Shown here: piece after piece, positions 41,391-54,730 of the stretch
Layout: each line of letters opens with the position of its first letter
How positions within the stretch are numbered: the first letter of the stretch is position 1
From: the human T2T-CHM13v2.0 reference genome, Homo sapiens
Assembly: GCF_009914755.1 (NCBI RefSeq)
Contig: NC_060933.1
Reading direction: 5' to 3' (one strand)
Length of the DNA stretch: 64,000 bases
The notes under the pieces: generated by a model
Database searches by the model: none
Seen by the model: the letters and a program-made list of their open reading frames with translations, nothing else
What the model was told of the DNA's origin: nothing
Program-made: the position numbers and the translations under genes

Positions 41391-44300
41391 AGAATGGAAT
41401 GGAATGGAATGGAATGGAATGGAATGGAATGGAATGGAATGGAATCAACTCGATTTCAATGGAATGGAATGGAATGGAATGGAATGCAATGGAAGGGAAT
41501 GGAATGGAATGGAATGAAATTAACACGAATAGAATGGAATGGAATGGAATGGAATGGAATGGAATAGAATGGAATCCAACCGAGTGCAAGGGAATGGAAT
41601 GGAATGGAATGCAATGGAATGGAATCATACGGAATGGAATGGAATGGAATGGAATGCAATGGAATGGAATGGAATCACCCGATTGAAATGGAATGGAGTG
41701 GAATGGAATGGAATGGAATGGAAACAACCTGAAAGGAATGGAATGTAATGGAGAGTAAGGGAATTGAATAGAATCAATACGAATGTAATGGAAAGGAATG
41801 GAACGGAATGGAATGCAATGGAATGGAATGGAATGCAATGGAATGGGATCAACCCGAGTGAAATGGATTGGAATCGAAAGGAATGGAATGGAATGGAATG
41901 GATTCAACCCGAATGGAATGGAAAGGAATGGAATCAACCCGAGTGGAATGCAATGGAATGGAATGGAATGGAATGGGTTCAACTCGAATGGAATGGAAAG
42001 GAATGGAATCAACCCGAGTGGAATGGCATGGAATGGAATGGAATGGAATGGAATGGAAGGGAATGGAATGGAATGGAATTAACCTGAAGAGAATGGAAGG
42101 GAATGGAATGGAACGGAACGGAATGGAATGGAATGGAATGGAATTGAATGGAATGCAATGGAATGGGATCAACCCGAGTACAGGGGAATGGAATGCAATG
42201 GAATGCAATGGAATGGAATCGTACGGAATGGAATGGAATGGAATGGAATGCAATGCAATGGAATCAATCAACCCGAGTGCAATAGAATGCAGTGGAATGG
42301 AATGGAATGGTATGGAAACTACCCGAATGGAATAGAATGTAATGGAGTGTAAGGGAATTAAAAAGAATCAATCCGAATGTAATGGAATTGAATGGAACGG
42401 AATGGAATGGAATGGAATGGAATGGAATGGAATGGAATTAACCCGAATAGAATGGAAAGGAATGGAATGGAATGGAATGGAATGGAATGGAATGGAATGG
42501 AACGGAAAAGAATGGAATGGAACGAAATGGAATGGAATGAAATGGAATGGAATGGAATGGAATGGAATGGAATGGAATGGAATCAACCCGAGTGCAGGGG
42601 AATGGAATGGAATTGAAGGCAATGGAATGGAATCATCCGGAATTGAATGGAATGGAATGGAATCAACTCGATTGCAATGGAATGCAATGGAATGCAATGG
42701 AATGGAATGGAATGGAATGGATTCAACCCGAATGGAATGGAAAGGAATGGAATAAACCCGCGTGGAATGGCATGGAATGGAGTGGAATGGAATGAAATGT
42801 AAAGGAATGGAATGGAATGGAATCAACCCGAGTGCAATGTAATGGAATCGAATGGAATGGAATGGAATGGAATGGATTCAACCAGAATGGAATGGAAAGG
42901 AATGGAATAAACCCGAGTGGAATGGCATGGAATGGAGTGGAATGGAATGGAATGGAATGGAATGGAATGGTACGGAATAGAATGGAATGGAAGGAAATGG
43001 AATGGAATGGAATAGAATGGAATGGGATGGAATGGAATGAACCCGTGTGCAATGGAATGGAATCGAATGGAATGGAATGGATTGGAATGGATTGAACTCG
43101 AATGGAATGGAAAGGAATGGAATCAACCCGAGTAGTATGGCATGGAATGGAATGGAATGGAATGGAATGGAATGGTATGGAATAGAATGGAAAGGAACGA
43201 AATGGAATGGAATGAAATGGAATGGAATGGAATGGAATGGAATGGAATCAACCCGAGTGCAGGGGAATGGAATGGAATTGAAGGCAATGGAATGGAATCA
43301 TCCGGAATTGAATGGAATGGAATGGAATCAACTCGATTGCAATGGAATGGAATGGAATGGAATGGAATGGAATGGAATGGAATGGAATGGAATGGAATGG
43401 AGTGGAATTAACCCGAATAGAATGGAATGGAATGGAATGGAAGTAAATGGAATGGAAGGTAATGAACCCGAGTGCAGGGGAATGGAATGGCATGGAATGG
43501 AATGAAATGGAGTGGAATGGAATGGAATGGAATGGAATGGTACGGAATAGAATGGAATGGAACGAAATGGAATACAATGGAATGGAATGGAATGGAATGA
43601 AACCGTGTGCAATGGAATGGAATGGAATGGAATGGAATGGAATGGGTTCGACTCGAATGGAATGGAATGGAATGGAATCAACCCGAGTGGAATGGCATGG
43701 AATGGAATGGAATGGAAAGGAATGGAATGGAATGGAATGGAATGGAATGGAAACAACACGAGTGCAATGTAATGGAATGGAATGGAATGGAATGGAATGA
43801 AATGGAATGCATTCAACCCGAATGGAATGGAAAGGAATGGAATAAACCCGAGTGGAATGGCATGGAATGGAGTCTAATGGAATGGAATGGAATGGAATGG
43901 TATGGAATAGAATGGAATGGAACGAAATGGAATGGAATGGAATGGAATGGAATGGAATGGAATGGAATGAATTGAACCCGTGTGCAATGGAATGGAATGG
44001 AATGGAATGGAATGGAATGGAATGGAATGGGTTCAACTCGAATGCAATGGAAAGGAATGGAATCAACCCGAGTAGAATGGCATGGAATGGAATGGAATGG
44101 AATGGAATGGAATGGAATGGAACGGAATGGAATGGTACGGAATAGAATGGAATGGAGCGAAATGGAATGGAATGGAATGGAATGGAATGGAATGGAGTGG
44201 AATGAAATCGTGTGCAATGGAACGGAATGGAATGGAATGGAATGGAATGGAATGGAGTGGAATGGAATGGAATGGAATGGAGTGGAATGGAATGGAATGG

Positions 44301-45169
44301 GTTCAACTCGAATGGAATGGAAAGGAATGGAATCAACCCGAGTGGAGTGTCATGGAATGGAATGGAATAGGATGGAATGGAATGGAATGGAATCATCCCG
44401 AGTGCAATGTAATGGAATCGAAAGGAATGGAATGGAATGGAATGGAATGGATTCAACCCGAATGGAATGAAAAGAAATGGAATAAACCCGAGTGGAATTG
44501 CATGGAAAGGAGTGGAATTGAATGGAATGGAATGGTACAGAATAGAATGGAATGGAACGAAATGGAATCTAATAGAATGGAATGGAATGGAATGGAATGG
44601 AATGGAATGGAATGGAATGAACCCGTGTGCAATGGAATGGAATGGAATGGAATGGAATGGATTCAACTCGAATGGAATGGAAGGTAAAGGAATCAACCCG
44701 AGTGGAATGGCATGGAATGGAGTGGAATGGAATGCAATGGAATGGAATGGAATAGAATGGAATGGAATGGAATGGTACAGAATAGAATGGAATGGAACGA
44801 AACGGAATGGAATGAAATGGAATGGAATGGAATGGAATGGAATGGAACGGAATGGAATGGTATGGAATGGAATGGAATGGAATGGAATGGTACGGAATAG
44901 AATGGAATGGAACGAAATGGAATGGAATGAAATGGAATGGAATGGAATGGAATCAAACCGAGTGCAGGGGAATGGAATGGAATTGAAGGCAATGGAATGG
45001 AATCATCCGGAATTGAATGGAATGGAATGGAATCAACTCGATTGCAATGGAATGGAATGGAATGCAATGGAAAGGACTGGAATGGAGTGGAATGGAATGG
45101 AATGGAATGGAATGCAATCAACACGATTGGAATGGAATGGAATGGAATGGAATGGAATGGAATGGAATG

Positions 45170-48100
45170 GAATCAACTCGATTGCAATCGAATGGAATGG
45201 AATGGAATTAACCCGAATAGAATGGAATGGAATGGAATGGAACGGAACGGAATGGAATGGAATGGAATGGAATGAAATGGAATGGAACGGAACGGAATGG
45301 AATGGAATGGAATGGAATGGAATCAACGCGAGTGCAGGGGAATGGAATGGAATGGAATGCAATGGAATGGAATCTTCCGGAATGGAATGGAATGGAATGG
45401 AATGGAATGAAATGCAATGGATTCATCTCGATTGCAATGGAATGGAATGGAATGGAATGGAATGAAATGCAATGGATTCAACTCGATTGCAATGGAATGG
45501 AGTAGGTTGGAATGGAATGGAATGGAATGGAATGGAATGGAATGGAATGGAATTAACCCGAATAGAATGGAATGGAATGGAATGGAAAGGAATGGAACGA
45601 AATGGAATGGAATGGATTGGAATGGAATGGAATGGTATGGAATGGAATGGAATGGTACGGAATAGAATGGAATGGAACGAATTGTAATGGAATGGAATTG
45701 AATGGAATGGAATGGAATGGAATCAACGCCAGTGCAGGGGAATGTAATGGAACGGAATGCAATGGAATGGAATCATCCGGAATGGAATGGAATGGAATGG
45801 AAAGGAATGGAATCAACCCGAGTGCAATGGAATGGAGTGGAATGGAATGGAATGGAATGGAACAACCCGAATGGAATGGAATTTAATGGAGAGTAAGGGA
45901 GTTGAATAGAATCAATCCGAATGTAATGGAATGGAATGCAACGGATTGGAATGGAATGGAATGGGATGGAATGCAATGGAATGGAATCAACCCGAGTACA
46001 ATGGAATGGAATGGAATGGAATGGAATGGAATGGAATGGAAAGGAATGCCTTCAAACCGAATGGAATGGAAAGGAATGGAATGAACACGAGTGGAATGGA
46101 ATGGAATGGAATGGAATGGAATGGAATGGAATGGAATGGAATGGAATGGAATCGTTCCGAGTGGAATAGGAGGGAATGTATTCGAGTGGAATGGAAAGGA
46201 ATGGAATCAACCAGAGTGGAATGGAAGGGAACGGAATGGAATGGAAACTAATAGAATGGAATCAACCCGAGTGGAATGGAATGGAAAGGACTGGAATGGA
46301 ATGGAATGGAATGGAATGGAATCAACTCGATTGTAATGGAATGGAATGGAATGGAATGGAATGGAATGGAATTAACCCGAATACAACGGAATGGAATGGA
46401 ATGCAACGGAATGGAGTGGAATGGAATGGAATCAACCCGAGTGCAATGGAATGGAGTGGAATGGAATGGAATGGAATGGAACAACCCGAATGGAATGGAA
46501 TGTAATGGAGAGTAAGGGAGTTGAATAGAATCAATCCGAATGTAATGGAATGGAATGCAACGGAATGGAATGGAATGGAATGGAATGGAATGCAATGGAA
46601 TGGAATCAACTCGAGTACAATGGAATGGAATGGAATGGAATTGAATGCAATGGAATGGAATCAACTCGAGTACAATGGAATGGAATGGAATGGAATGGAA
46701 TGGAATGGAATGGAATGGAATTGAATGGAATGGAATGCCTTCAAACCGAATGGAATGGAAAGGAATGGAATCACCACGAGTGGAATGGAATGGAATGGAA
46801 AGGAATGGAATGGAATAGAATGGTACGGAATAGAATGGAATGGAACGAACTGGAATGGAATGGAATGGAATGGAATGGAATGGAATCGTTCTGAGTGGAA
46901 TAGGAGGGAATGTATTCGAGTGGAATGGAAAGGAATGGAATCAACCAGATTGGAATGGAAGGGAATGGAATGGAATGGAAACTAATAGAATGGAATCAAC
47001 CCGAGTGGAATGGAATGGAAAGGACTGGAATGGAATGGAATGGAATGGAATTGAATGGAATCAACTATATTGTAATGGAATGGAATGGAATGGAATGGAA
47101 TGGAATTAACCCGAATACAATGGAATGGACTAGAATGGAACGGAATGGAGTGGAATGGAATGGAATCAACCCGAGTGCAGGGGAATGGAATGGAATGGAA
47201 TGCAATGGAATGGAATCATCCGGAATGGAATGGAATGGAATGGAATGCAAAGCAATGGAATCAACTCGATTGCAATGGAATGGAATGGAATGGAAAGGAA
47301 TAGAACGGAATCAACCCGAGTGTAATGGAATGGAAAGGACTGGAATGGAGTGGAATGGAATGGAATGGAATGGAATGGAATCAACTCGATTGGAATGGAA
47401 TGGAATGGAATGGAAAGGAATGGAATGGAATTAACCCGAATAGAATGGAATGGAATGGAATGGAACGGAATGGAATGGAATGGAATGGAATGGAATGGAA
47501 TGGAATCAACCCGACTGCAGGGGAATGGAATGGAATGGAATGCAATAGAATGGAATCATCCGGAACGGAATGGAATGGAATGGAATGGAATCAACTCGAT
47601 TGCAATCGAATGGAATGGAATGGAATTAACCCGAATAGAATGGAATGTAATGGAATGTAACGGAACGGAACGGAATGGAATGGAATGGAATGAAATGGAA
47701 CGGAACGGAACGGAATGGAATGGAATGGAATGGAATGGAATGGAATCAACGCGAGTGCAGGGGAATGGAATGGAATGGAATGCAATGGAATGGAATCTTC
47801 CGGAATGGAATGGAATGGAATGGAATGGAATGAAATGCAATGGATTCAACTCGATTGCAATGGAATGGAATGGAATGGAATGGAATGGAATGAAATGCAA
47901 TGGATTCAACTCGATTGCAATGGAATGGAATAGATTGGAATGGAATGGAATGGAATTAACCCGAATAGAATGGAATGGAATGGAATGGAACGGAATGGAA
48001 CGGAACGGAATGGAATGGAATGGAATGGAATGGAATGGAATGGAATGGTATGGAATGGAATGGAATGGTACGGAATAGAATGGAATGGAACGAATTGTAA

Positions 48101-48800
48101 TGGAATGGAATTGAAAGGAATGGAATGGAATGGAATGGAATGGAATCAACGCGAGTGCAGGGCAATGTAATGGAACCGAATGCAATGGAACGGAATCATC
48201 CGGAATGGAATGGAATGGAATGGAATGGAATTGAATCAACCCGAGTGCAATGGAATGGAGTGGAATGGAATGGAATGGAATGGAACAACCCGAATGGAAT
48301 GGAATGTAATGGAGAGTAAGGGAGTTGAATAGAATCAATCCGAATGTAATGGAATGGAATGCAACGGATTGGAATGGAATGGAATGCAATGGAATGGAAT
48401 CAACCCGAGTACAATGGAATGGAATGGAATGGAATGGAATGGAATGCCTTCAAACCGAATGGAATGGAAAGGAATGGAATCAACACGAGTGGAGTGTAAT
48501 GGAATGGAATGGAAGGGAATGGAATGGAATGGAATGGAATGATACGGAACAGAATGGAATGGAACGAAATGGAATGGAATGGAATGGAATGGAATGGAAT
48601 GGAATGGAATGGAATCGTTCCGAGTAGAATAGGAGGGAATGTATTCGAGTGGAATGGAAAGGAATGGAATCACCCAGAGTAGAATGGAAGAGAATGGAAT
48701 GGAATGGAAACTAATAGAATGGAATCAACCCGAGTGGAATGGAATGGAAAGGACTGGAATGGAATGGAATGGAATGGAATGGAATCAACTCGATTGTAAT
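45170..48800 (-). repeat. Dispersed ~1.15-kb duplication at 2423-bp offset (~45170-46330 and ~47590-48800)
   Basis: Modules at 45369/47792 and ORF starts 45902/48325 are both offset by 2423. Both copies share a doubled gaaatgcaatggattca module and the gcaacggattgg variant. Confidence 0.75.
45369..45383. promoter_or_regulatory. Perfect three-unit heat-shock element match (example of 7 in the right A block)
   Basis: gGAAtcTTCcgGAAt matches nGAAnnTTCnnGAAn. Function is not demonstrated by sequence alone. Confidence 0.5.
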
Positions 48801-51800
48801 GGAATGGAATGGAATGGAACGAAATGGAATGGAATGGAATGGAATGGAATGGAATGGAATGGAATGGAATCGTTCCGAGTGGAATAGGAGGGAATGTATT
48901 CGAGTGGAATGGAAAGGAATGGAATCAACCAGAGTGGAAAGGAAGGGAATGGAATGGAATGGAAACTAATAGAATGGAATCAACCCGACTGGAATGGAAT
49001 GGAAAAGACTGGAATGGAAAGGAATGGAATGGAATGGAATGGAATGGAATGGAACGGAAAGGAATGGAATGGAATGGAATGCAACGGAATGGAATGGAAT
49101 GGAATCAACCCGAGTGGAATGGCATGGAATGGAATGCAATGGAATGGAATGGAATGCAATCAACTCGAGTGGAAAGGAATGGAATGGAATGGAAAGGAAT
49201 GGAATGAAATCAACTTGAGTGGAATGGAATGGAATGGAATAGATTGGAGTGGATTGCAACGGAATGAAATGGAATGGAATGGAATGGAATCAATCATTCC
49301 GAGTGGAATGGAAGGGAATGTAATGGAGTGGAAAGAAGGGAATGGAATCAACCCGATTGGAATGCAAGGCAATGGAATGGAATGGAAAGGATTGGAATGG
49401 AATCAACTCGATTACAATGGAATGGAATGGAATGGAATGGAATTGAATGGAATTAACCGGAATAGAATGGAATGCAATGGAATGGAACAGAAAGGAATGG
49501 AATGGAAGGTAATGGAATCAACACGAGTGAAGGGGAATGGAAAGGAATGGAATGCAATGGAATGGAATCATCCGGAATGGAATGGAATGGAATGGAATCA
49601 ACTCCATTGCAATGGAATGGAATGGAATGGAATGGAATAGAATGGAATGGAATTAACCCGAATAGAATGGAATGCAATAGAATGGAATGGAACAGAACCG
49701 AATGGAGTGGAATGGAATGGAATGGAATCAACCTGAGTGCAGGGGAATGGAATGGAATGGAATGCAATGGAATGGAATCATCCGGAATGGAATGGAATGG
49801 AATCAAACCGAGTGCAATGGAATGGAGTGAAATGGAATGGAATGGAATGGAAACAACCAGAATGGATTGGAATATAATGGAGTGTAAGGGAATTGAATAG
49901 AATCAATCTGAATGTAATGAAATGGAATTGAACGGAATGGAATGGAATGGAATGGAATCGAATGGAATGGAATGGAATGGAATCAACCCGAGTGCAATGG
50001 AATGGATTCGAATGGAATGGAATGGAGTGGATTGGATTCAACACGAATGGAATGGAAAGGAATGGAATCAACCCGAGTGGAATGGCATGGAATGGAAAGG
50101 AATGGAATGGAATTGAATGGAATGGAATGGTTCGGAATAGAATGGATTGGAACAAAATGGAATGGAATGTAATGGAATGGAATGTAATGGAATGGAATGG
50201 AATGGAATCAAGTCGATTGCAATGGAATAGAATGGAATGGAATGGAAGGGATTGGAATGGAATGGAATGGAATGGAATGGAATGGAATTAAATGGAATGG
50301 AATGGAATGGAATCAACCCGAGTGTAGGGGAAAGGAATGGAATGGAATGCAATGGAATGGAATGGAATGGAATGGAATGGAATGGAATGGAATGGAATCA
50401 ACCCGAGTGGAATGGCATGGAATGGAATGGAATGGAATGGAATGGAATGGAATCAACTCGAGTGGAAAGGAATGGAATGGAATGGAAAGGAATGGAATGA
50501 AATCAACTCGAGTGGAATGGAATGGAATGGAATGGAATGGAATGAAATGCAATGGATTCAACTCGATTGCAATGGAATGGAATAGAATGGAATGGAATGG
50601 AATGGAATGGAATTAACCCGAATAGAATGGAATGGAATGCAATGGAACGGAATGGAACGGAATGGAATGGAATGGAATGGAATGGAATGGTATGGAATGG
50701 AATGGAATGTTACGGAATAGAATGGAATGGAACGAATTATAATGGAATGGAATTGAATGGAATGGAATGGAATCAACGCGAGTGCAGGGGAATGTAATGG
50801 AACGGAATGCAATGGAATGGAATCATCCGGAATGGAATGGAATGGAATGGAATGGAATCAACCCTAGTGCAATGGAATGGAGTGGAATGGAATGGAATGG
50901 AATGGAACAACCCGAATGGAATGGAATGTAATGGAGAGTAAGGGAGTTGAATAGAATCAATCCGAATGTAATGGAATGGAATGCAACGGAATGGAATGGA
51001 ATGGAATGGAATGCAATGGAATGGAATCAACCCGAGTACAATGGAATGGAATGGAATGGAATGGAATGGAATGGAATGGAATGGAATGGAATGCCTTCAA
51101 ACCGAATGGAATGGAAAGGAATGGAATCAACACGAGTGGAATGGAATGGAATGGAATGGAATGGAATGGAATGGAATGGAATGGAATGGAATCAACGGGA
51201 GTGCACGGGAATGGAATGGAATGGAATGCAATGGAATGGAATTTTCCGGAATGGAATGGAATGGAATGGAATGGAATGGAATGGAACGGAAAGGAATGGA
51301 ATGGAATGGAATGGAATGGAATGGAATGGAATGGAATGGAATGGAATCAACGCGAGTGCAGGGGAATGGAATGGAATGGAATGCAATGGAATGCAAACTT
51401 CCGGAATTGAATGGAATGGAATGGAATGGAATGAAATGCAATGGATTCAACTCGATTGCAATGGAATGGAATAGAATGGAATGGAATGCAATTGAATGGA
51501 ATTAATTCGAATAGAATGGAATGGAATGGAATGGAACGGAATGGAAAGGAATGGAATGGAATGGAATGGAATGGAATGGAATGGTATGGAATGGAATGGA
51601 ATGGTACGGAATAGAATGGAATGGAACGAATTGTAATGGAATGGAATTGAATGGAATGGAATGGAATGGAATGGGATCAAAGCGAGTGCAGGGGAATGTA
51701 ATGGAACGGAATGCAATGGAATGGAATCATCCGGAATGGAATGGAATGGAATGGAATGGAATGGAATGGAATGGAATGGAATCAACCCGAGTGCAATGGA

Positions 51801-52299
51801 ATGCAGTGGAATGGAATGGAATGGAATGGAACAACCCGAATGGAATGGAATGGAATGGAGAGTAAGGGAGTTGAATAGAATCAATCCGAATGTAATGGAA
51901 TGGAATGCAACGGAATGGAATGGAATGGAATGGAATGGAATGCAATGGAATTGAATCAACCCGAGTACAATGGAATGGAATGGAATGGAATGGAATGGAA
52001 TGGAATGGAATGGAATGGAATGGAATGATACGGAATAGAATGGAATGGAACGAAATGGAATGGAATGGAATGGAATGGAATGGAATCGTTCTGAGTGGAA
52101 TAGGAGGGAATGTATTCGAGTGGAATGGAAAGGAATGGAAAAAAACTGAGTGGAATGGAAGGGAATGGAATGGAATGGAAACTAATAGAATGGAATCAAC
52201 CCGAGAGGAATGGAATGGAAAGGATTGGAATGGAATGGAATGGAATGGAATCAACTCGACTGGAATGGAATGGAATGGAATGGAATGGAATGGAATGGA

Positions 52300-54730
52300 A
52301 TGGAATGGAATTAACCCGAATACAATGCAATGGAATGGAATGGAACGGAATGGAGTGGAATCGAATGGAATCAACCCGAGTGCAGGGGAATGGAATGGAA
52401 TGGAATGCAATGGAATGGAATCATCCGGAATGGAATGGAATGGAATGGAATGCAAAGCAATGGAATCAACTCGATTGCAATGGAATGGAATGGAATGGAA
52501 AGGAATACATTGGAATCAACCCGAGTGGAATGGAATGGAAAGGACTGGAATGGAGTGGAATGGAATGGAATGGAATGGAATGGAATGGAATCAACTCGAT
52601 TGGAATGGAATGGAATGGAATGGAATGGAATGGAATTAATCCGAATAGAATGGAATGGAATGGAATGGAACGGAACGGAACGGAATGGAATGGAATGGAA
52701 TGGAATGGAATGGAATGGAAACAACCCGACTGCAGGGGAATGGAATGGAATGGAATGCAATGGAATGGATTCAACTTGAATGGAATGGAAAGAATGGAAT
52801 CTACACGAGTGGAATGGCATGGATTGGAATGGAATGGAATGGAATCAACCCGAGTACAGGGGAATGGAATGGAATGGAATGCAATGGAATTTAATCATCC
52901 GTAATGGAATGGAAAGGAATGGAATGGAATGGAATGGAATGGAATGGAATGGAATGGAATCAACTCGATTGCAATCGAATGGAATGGAATGGAATGGAAT
53001 CAACTCGATTGCAATCGAATGGAATGGAATGTAATGGAGAGTAAGGGAGTTGAATAGAATCAATCCGAATGTAATGGAATGGAATGGAACGGAATGGAAT
53101 GGAATGGAATGGAATGGAATGATACGGAATAGAATGGAATGGAACGAAATGGAATGGAATGGAATGGAATGGAATGGAATGGAATGGAATGGAATGGAAT
53201 GGAATCGTTCCGAGTGGAATAGGAGGGAATGTGTTCGAGTTGAATGGAATGGAATGGTATCAACCAGAGTGGAATGGAAGGGAATGGAATGGAATGGAAA
53301 CTAATAGAATGGAATCAACCCGAGTGGAATGGAATGGAAAGGACTGGAATGGAATGGAATGGAATGGAAACAACTCGATTGTAATGGAATGGAATGGAAT
53401 GGAATGGAATGGAATGGAATGGAATGGAATGGAATGGAATTAACCCGAATACAATGGAATGGAATGGAACGGAACGGAATGGAGTGGAATGGAATGGAAT
53501 CAACCCGAGTGCAGGGGAATGGAATGGAATGGAATGCAATGGAATGGAATCATCCGGAATGGAATGGAATGGAATGGAATGCAAAGCAATGTAATCAACT
53601 CGATTATAATGGAATGGAATGGAATGGAAGGGAATACATTGGAATCAACCCGAGTGGAATGGAATGGAAAGGACTGGAATGGAGTGGAATGGAATGGAAT
53701 GGAATGGAATGGAATCAACTCGATTGGAATGGAATGGAATGGAATGGAATGGAATTAACCCGAATAGAATGGAATGGAATGGAATGGAACGGAACGGAAT
53801 TGAATCAACCCGAATGCAGGGGAATGGAATGGAATGGAATGCAATGGAATGGATTCAACTTGAATGGAATGGAAAGAATGGAATCAACACGAGTGGAATG
53901 GCATGGATTGGAATGGAATCAACCCGAGTACAGGGGAATGGAATGGAATGGAATGCAATGGAATGGAATCATCCGTAATGGAATGGAAAGGAATGGAATG
54001 GAATGGAATGGAATGGAATAGAATGGAATGGAATCAACTCGATTGCAATCGAATGGAATGGAATGGAATTAACCCGAATAGAATGGAATGGAATGGAATG
54101 GAATGGAATTAACCCGAATACAATGCAATGGAATGGAATGGAACGGAATGGAGTGGAATCGAATGGAATCAACCCGAGTGCAGGGGAATGGAATGGAATG
54201 GAATGCAATGGAATGGAATCATCCGGAATGGAATGGAATGGAATGGAATGCAAAGCAATGGAATCAACTCGATTGCAATGGAATGGAATGGAATGGAAAG
54301 GAATACATTGGAATCAACCCGAGTGGAATGGAATGGAAAGGACTGGAATGGAGTGGAATGGAATGGAATGGAATGGAATGGAATCAACTCGATTGGAATG
54401 GAATGGAATGGAATGGAATGGAATGGAATGGAATGGAATGGAATTAATCCGAATAGAATGGAATGGAATGGAATGGAACGGAACGGAATGGAATGGAATG
54501 GAATGGAATGGAATGGAATGGAAACAACCCGACTGCAGGGGAATGGAATGGAATGGAATGCAATGGAATGGATTCAACTTGAATGGAATGGAAAGAATGG
54601 AATCTACACGAGTGGAATGGCATGTATTGGAATGGAATGGAATGGAATCAACCCGAGTACAGGGGAATGGAATGGAATGGAATGCAATGGAATGGAATCA
54701 TCCGTAATGGAATGGAAAGGAATGGAATGT
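52300..54730 (-). repeat. ~630-bp block repeated at ~1.8-kb offset (~52300-52930 and ~54100-54730)
   Basis: Shared private variants aatacaatgcaatgg (52319/54117), ggaaacaacccgactg, aatctacacgag and ttaatccgaatag. Confidence 0.8.
52951..53030 (-). repeat. 40-bp exact tandem duplication
   Basis: ggaatggaatcaactcgattgcaatcgaatggaatggaat occurs twice in tandem. Confidence 0.85.

Larger units (their letters stand above)
29030..45060. repeat. HSat3 sub-type B block spanning the breakpoint (29030-34100 on +, 34101-45060 inverted)
   Basis: Diagnostic modules (G-strand) CAAACCTAGTGC, GGGAATTAAAAAGAATC, GAATTGAATACAATC, GGGTTCAACTCG, TTAACCCTAATAG, AATCATACGG and TTAACCTGAACAG. The A-type modules were not seen. 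Boundaries are approximate. Confidence 0.7.
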
